Assembly (NCBI RefSeq): GCF_009914755.1
Contig: NC_060925.1
Reading direction: 5' to 3' (one strand)
Source of the DNA: the human T2T-CHM13v2.0 reference genome, Homo sapiens
Length of the DNA: 64,000 bases
In this document: in pieces, positions 54,647-64,000 of the stretch
Layout of the letters: each line of letters begins with the position of its first letter
How positions within the stretch are numbered: position 1 is the first letter of the stretch
Program-made: the position numbers and the translations under genes
Notes under the pieces: generated by a model
What the model was told of the DNA's origin: nothing
Seen by the model: the letters and a program-made list of their open reading frames with translations, nothing else
Databases searched by the model: none

Positions 54647-55649
54647 GACTGAATGAACCTAGTTGCCTTTTACCCATGTCTGCACACAAATGCTTATATA
54701 CTAAAGTTCATTTATTTCCAAGGCATACATTTTTCCTAGTTTTAATGGATTTTCCTTTGTCCTCTCCCTTCACTCATTCAGGAAATTTTGAATACTCTTA
54801 TGGCCAAGTACTAATCTAGCATTGGAAATACAGAAATAAAAGTGGCCACTACTATCACGAAGCTCATAGTATGATGGGAGAAAATGTAGAGGAAAATTAT
54901 AATTATAATATGACGTGCTAAGTGCTATGATGGTATGGGCCTAGGGGGGCAGTATTTAACCCAGCCAGAAGAGGGTAACCCCTAACCTGAATTATGATGG
55001 AAAAGTAGGATTTAGCTAAGCCTCTTTCTATTATTTGTCCTCCCTATTTTTTTCTATGTATAATGGGATACAGTTGCTTTTTCAAAACCTTCAATTACCC
55101 CTTTACGTATCTGCACGGTTGCATTGTTCCTTCTGTTATCTTCTTTGTCATGTTCTACTTGCAAGCCTTCTCGGTGTGTCTTTTACTGTACTTTGGTCTC
55201 CAGTGTCTTTTTCATTCTTATTTCCTTTTTAGTTTATTCATCCTATCTAGAAACTTGTCTTATCTGCTACAGTAGGAAATTTAATTTACTTTTCTTCAGC
55301 TCCTTTCTTCCTCTCTGGCAGGCTGCCAAGTGTTTAAAACACTCATGATTATTGGTTTCTTCAGAGAGGAAGATAGATCTGGGTCATACGCTTGATGTCA
55401 CTGGGATATTCATTTCATTTTTGTTCTTTCTGGGCATCAAGGGGAATTTTACCCCTTGAAGTCTCTCAATTAAATCTTGCCCCCAATTTACTGTTTCTTG
55501 GGCATGTTCCTTTAATGCGCCTAGCTTTTCTATTTTTGGCATGAGTGCCCAACATTTACTGGATATTGGCACTTGGCACACAGACTGGTGTCTGCTGAAT
55601 GCCAGATATAGCCTTCTTTACAAAACATGATGGGAAAAATTATGAGGGA

Positions 55650-55860
55650 AGGTAGTATTTGACTCTGGATTCAAACACAGGTTGAATTCTAACCTTTTAT
55701 CATTTATTAGCACGGTAACCTTGGGCAAGTTACTTAACCTCTCTCTGCCTCAATTTTCTCATTTTTAAAATGGGCAAACTAATAGTGACTACCTCATTAG
55801 GTTTTTAGAGGATTAAATAGATTAATGCCTTTAAAATTGAGAACAGTGAGTGGAATATAG
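55650..55860 (-). mobile_element. MIR SINE
   Basis: accttgggcaagttacttaacctctctctgcctcaattttctcat core. Confidence 0.8.
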
Positions 55861-56839
55861 ATAAAAAAGGAAGACATTTCATAAGTGCCTGGGGTTCCCA
55901 GCCTCTTTGGCCAAGTACTGTTTTTCCATCCAACTGTTTGGCCCCTGATTTGCTTTTACCTCTCCCTTACTTGTTCATCAGGGATCTGGTTTTACTTCAA
56001 ATTGTGCTTATTATCTTTTATTTTCCTGTGGTTCTCCTCTGCTAATCTAGGTTTTTATAGTTCTAATATCCTTTTGTAGTGGAAAATAATTTGGGAGATT
56101 GACAGGAAGACAATAATTGTTGTTAACAGTGAGATTTTATGGCACATCGTTGGGGTTTATAGTAATAGGTTTTTGTTTCATATAGCAATAGGGATTGTTC
56201 AAAAGTTAAAATTTTTTTTTTGCCATGCTTATCATTATGCATACTTATAAGAGATTAGAATATTTCAGAAATATAAAACTCAGAAATAAAAGAAGTATTC
56301 TCTAAGTATTTAGTGCTTGCTATGTGATAAGATACTGTTGGAGGTACTGAAACATAATTGCTATTAATAGTTTGGCATTATTTCTTACAGTTTTTTTAAA
56401 AAGATCTGTATAGTCATAAAAGTTATGTTATTTATGAAAATAAGAATGATAATGTTTTGTTTTGCAGGAAAAGTCAACACTAATAATATGCTCTAGAGAA
56501 ACTAACGCTTACTTAGATGTTTTTAACATTATAGTAAACTAATATGCCGAGCTTCAAAATGACCCAACATATAACTTGTAGCTGGGATATTTTGGTGCAT
56601 TTGGCATTATACTGTAATTTACAGTATACAACATCTGAGGACTTTTAGCAGTATCTTGGCACAACAGACTGACTCCTCCCATCCCATCAGAGGTGGAGGG
56701 AGGAACTCTTTTCTCCCCATAAATTCTTGATTTTTAATTAATTAATTAACTAGTTTTTCTAGTTTTCATCTCCTCTCTTAATATTGGACTTTGATATTTA
56801 CCTTTTTTATTCATTTAATTTATTTTTTAAAAATGTTTT

Positions 56840-57135
<296 letters not shown>

Positions 57136-57736
57136 TTACTGTAGCTCTGTGGTATAATTTGAAGTCAGTAATGTGATTGCTCCAGTTTTGTTTTTTTTTT
57201 TTTTTGCTCAGAATGGCTTTGACTATTCTGAGTCTATTGTGATTTCATATAAATTTTAACATGTTTTTTCTATTTCTGTGAAGAATGTCATTGGTATTTT
57301 GGTAGGGATTACATTGAATCTGTAGATTGCTTTGGGTAGTCTGGACATTTAAATGATATTGATTCTTCCAATCCATGAACATGAAATATATTTGTATTTT
57401 TTGGCATCCTTTTCAGTTTTTTCATTGGCATTTTATAGTTTTTATTATAGAGATCTTTCACTTCTTTGGTTAAGTTAATTTGTATGTATTTAATTTTATT
57501 TGTAGCTATTATAAATGGGATTACTTTTTTGATTTCCTTTTTAAATTGTTCACTGTTGGCATATAGAAATGCTACTGATTTTTGTATGTTTATTTTGTAT
57601 CCTGAAACTTTATTGAATTTATCAGTTCTAGTGGTTTTTTTAGTGGAGACTTCAGTTTTTTCCAAGCATAAGATCGTATCATCTGCAAGCAAGTTTAATG
57701 TGACTTCTTCCTTTTCAGTATGAATGCCCTTTATTT

Positions 57737-59488
57737 TTACTTTTTTAAAAAATACTTTTATTCTAAGTTCTGTGGTACATGTGCAGATTGTTACATAGGT
57801 AAATGTGTGTCATGGGGGTTTGTTGTACAGATTATTTAATCATCCAGGTATTAAGTCTAGTACCCTTTAATTACTTTTCCTGATCCTCTGCCTCCTCTCA
57901 CCCTCAGCCATCCGATAGACCCTAGTGTGTATTGTTCCCCTCTGTGTGCCCATGTGTTCTCACCATTCAGCTCCCACTTACAAGTGAGAACATGCACTAT
58001 TCAGTTTTCTGTTCCTGCGTTAGTTTGCTAAGGATGATGGTCTCCATCTCCATCCATGTCCCTGCAAAGGACATGATCTCATTTTTTTTATGGCTACATA
58101 TTATTCCATTGTGTGTATGTGCCACATTTTCTTTATCCAGTCTATCATTGATGGGCATTTAGGTTGATTTCATGTCTTTGCTATTGTGAATCGTTTTGCA
58201 GTGAACATCCGTGTGCATGTGTCTTTATAATAGAACAATTTATATTTCTTTGGGTATACCCAGTAATGGGATTGCTGGGTCAAATGGTATTTCTGTCTTT
58301 AGGTCTTTGAGGAATCGCCACACTGTCTTCCACAAAGGCAGAACTAAATTACACTCCCACCAACAGTGTATAAGCATTTCTTTTTCTCCACAACCTTGCC
58401 AGCATGTGTTATTTTTGACTTTTTAATAATAGCCATTCTGACTGGTGTGAAATGGTATCTCATTGTGGTTTTGATTTGCATTTCTCTAATGATCAGTGTT
58501 GTTGAGGTTTCTTTCATTGATTCTTGGCCCCATGTATGTCTTTTTTTGAGAGATGTTCGTTCATGTCCTTTGCCCACTTTTTAATGGGGTTGTTTTTCTC
58601 TTGTAAATTTATTTAAGTTCCTTATAGATGCTGGATATTAGACTTTTGTCAGATGCATAAATTGCAAAAATGTTCTCCCATTCTGTAAATTGTCTGTTTA
58701 CTCTGTTGATAGTGTTTTGTTGTTGTTGTTTTTGCTGTGCCAGAAGCTCTTTAGTTTAATTAGATACCATTTATCAATTTTTGCTTCTGTTGCAGTTGCT
58801 TTTGGCATCTTCATCATGAAATATTTGTGCCGATGTCTCGAATGGTATTGCTGAGGTTGTTTTCAAGGATTTTTATAGTTTTGGGTTTTACATTTAAGTC
58901 AATAATCTATCTTGAGTTGATTTTTGTGCATGGTGTAAGGAAGGGGTCCAGTTTTAATCTTCTGCATATGGCTAGCCAGTTATCCCAGTGCCATTTATTG
59001 AATAGGGAATCGTTTCCCCATTGCTTGTTTTTGTCAGGTTTGTTGCAGATAGTTGTAGATGTGTGGTCTTATTCTTGGGTTCTCTATTCTGTTCCATTGG
59101 TCTATGTGTCTGTTCTTATATCAGTGCCATGCTGTCTTGGTTACCATAGCCCTGTAGTATAGTTTGAAGTAATGTAGCATGATGTCTCCAGCTTTGTTTC
59201 TTTTTGCTTAGGATTGCCTTGGCTATTCAAGCTTTTCTGGGGTTCCATATGAATTTTAAAATAGTTTTTTTGTAGTTCTTTGAAGAATGTCAATGGTAGT
59301 TTAATAGAAATAGCATTGAATATGTAAATTGCACTGGGCAGTTTGGCCATTTTCACAATATTGCTTCTTCCTGTATATGAGCATGGAATGTTTTTCATTT
59401 GTTTTTTCATCTCTGATTTCTTTGAGCAGTGGTTTGTAGTTCTCCTTGTAGAGATCTTTCATTTCCCTAGTTAGCTGTATTCCTAGGT
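57737..59488 (-). mobile_element. 5'-truncated older L1PA nested in L1
   Basis: 3' end aagttctgtggtacatgtgcagattgttacatagg; TSD tgaatgccctttattt/tgaatgtcctttattt. Confidence 0.9.
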
Positions 59489-60115
59489 TGAATGTCCTTT
59501 ATTTCTTTCTCTTGTATGACTGCTTTAGCTAGAACTTTCAGTACTTTGTTGGTTAACAGTGGTGACAGTGGGCATCCTTGTTTTGTTCTAGATCTTAGAG
59601 GAAAGACTTTCAGTTTTTCCCCATTCAGTATGATACTAGCTGTGGGTCTGTCATATTTGGCTTTTGTTATATTGAGGTATATTTCTTCTATCCCCATTTT
59701 TTGAGGGTTTTTATTATGAAGGAATGATGAAGTTTATTGAGTGCTTTTTCAGCATTAATTGAAATGCTCATATGGTTTTTGTACTTCATTCTGTTGATAT
59801 GATGGATCACATTGATTTATTTGCATATGTCAAACCATTCTTACATCCCAGGGATAAATCCCATTTGGTCATGATGAATGATTCTTTTAATGTATTGTTG
59901 AATTCATGTTTGCTTGTATTTTGTTGCCAATTTTGGATCAGTGTACATCACTGATATTGGCCTACAGTTTCCCTTTTTTGATATGTCTTTTGGTATCAGG
60001 GTAATACTGACCTTCTAGAGTAAGTCTGGAAGTATTCCCTCTTCCTCTGTTTTTCAGAATAGTTTGAGTAGGATTGGTATTAGTTCTTTAAATATTTGAT
60101 AGAGTTCAACAGTGA

Positions 60116-60530
<415 letters not shown>

Positions 60531-61113
60531 TGGATTTCTTCATGGTTCAATGTTGGTAGGTTGTATATGTCTAGGAATTTATTAATTTCTTCTAGATTTT
60601 TCCATTTATTGGCATATGGTTGCTCATAGTAGCCACAAATGATCCTTTGAATTTCTGCAGTATCCATTGTAATGTCTCTTTTTTATCTCCAATTTTATTT
60701 ATTTTGGATTGTGCTGGGTCACCCCTGAAACGAGCATGTCTCAGAGCCCAAGGTCAATGGTGTACTCCATGGGTATCAGTGGTGGTTGTTCAGGGCCCAA
60801 GAGTTCTTTAGTTGGCAGATGATAAATGCTTCCAGGACTGGGTTCTTCCCTCAAGGCAGTGGGATCCTTTTCGGCCCAGGGTGTGTCTAGAAATGTTATC
60901 CAGGAGCTGGGGCCTGGAATTGAGGCCTCACGACTCTGCCCATTACCTTATTCTACTGTGAGTGACCTGGTGTCCAAGATGCAAGACAGAGTCCTCTTTA
61001 CTCTTTGCTGTCCTCTCCTTAAGCAGAAAGAAGGAGACACTTTCATGCTGGGAGCTTCACTGCCTGGAGTTGGGGGAGTGGTGACGCAAGCACTCCCTTA
61101 ACCATGCTAGCTG

Positions 61114-61329
61114 GTGACTTCGTCCTTTGTTATATGTGAGAGTGACTCTTTGTTTTCTCAGGATCCCAAAGTGCTCATTCAAAGCCATCTCTGTCTGTTT
61201 TCCAACACTGTTTATGTCAAATTGTAGGAGAACACCCGTTGGAACTTTCTTTACATTCTCTTGCTGCCGTGTTTTAAAGAATGAAGGTACAGCAGTATGA
61301 ATTAATCATGGTTTCTCAGTTGCTGGGCA
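61114..61329 (-). repeat. 216-bp duplicate of FYTTD1-pseudogene sequence 63084-63299
   Basis: Ungapped direct copy at offset 1970 with 6 substitutions. Confidence 0.95.
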
Positions 61330-61992
61330 CCTGCCACCCTATTTCACTAGCTCTAAGCCAAGGCTAGTGCTAGGAGTTGCCTAGGAATTGCAGTCTTTGC
61401 ATTCTAGATGCCTTTCAAGTTTACCTAGGATCCCAGAGCATTTCAGCCCGCAGTGTTGAGGCTTGCTGAGCAACTCAAGTTCCATCTGCTGCGATGGATG
61501 TTTCCCTGCTGGCTAGGGCTGGTCCAAATGCTCCCTCTGTGTGTGGGAGCTAGCTGAACCTAGGATGGCTCTATCCTCCGCTGTGACAGGGCAGCAGTGA
61601 ATTCAATGTGAAGTCCCCCAGTTGCTGTGTTCCTTATCCCCAAAGTGTACAAATTGCCTTTCTGCACCACACGGTGGCTGCTGAGGGATGTGGGTGGGGT
61701 GGTATCAGCAACTCATGACTGTCTCTCCATCCTTCCTCAATGCCTCTTTTGGTAATACAAAGTTAAAACCATGCGCTGTGATTGCTCACCTGATGTTTGG
61801 TTCTTATGACAGTGTTTTTCTTTGTGCAGATGGTTGTTAAAATTTGGTGTTCCAGGGAGTGTGGGGGTGTGATTGGTGTAGGCTTCTATTCTGCCATCTT
61901 ACTCTGCCCTCTGAACTTTAATTTATACCATACCAGAAATCAGAGTGAAGGTAAACAACAAGGTTACAATGTAACTCTATTATAAATTTTGA

Positions 61993-64000
<2,008 letters not shown>

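Overview
Primate, almost certainly human, genomic DNA: it carries an AluYa5 and a young SVA_E/F-type element. One 142-bp coding exon (945-1086, + strand; [47 protein letters not shown]) is recognisable as RABGAP1L, just upstream of its TBC/Rab-GAP domain. The rest is one very long, repeat-dense intron. It contains nested L1s (mostly antisense), many Alus, a full-length antisense SVA, a MER11 solo LTR, THE1/MLT/ERV1 LTRs and MITEs, and ends in an antisense processed pseudogene of FYTTD1 (UIF). Apart from the exon and the FYTTD1 remnant, the ORF-track entries are repeat-derived or chance ORFs. I see no new protein-coding system. The most unusual signals are local copying events. (i) A TSD-flanked composite insertion (L1PA 3' end + Alu 3' fragment + about 370 bp of unique DNA + a whole Alu) is copied from a donor 7.2 kb away. 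(ii) A 216-bp piece of the FYTTD1 pseudogene is pasted, without TSD or poly(A), into an L1 2 kb away. (iii) An older ~130-bp duplication sits 2 kb from its partner. There is also a candidate alternative last exon that would truncate RABGAP1L before the TBC domain. Repeat subfamily calls and protein identities come from memory of consensus sequences, and boundaries of old repeats are approximate.
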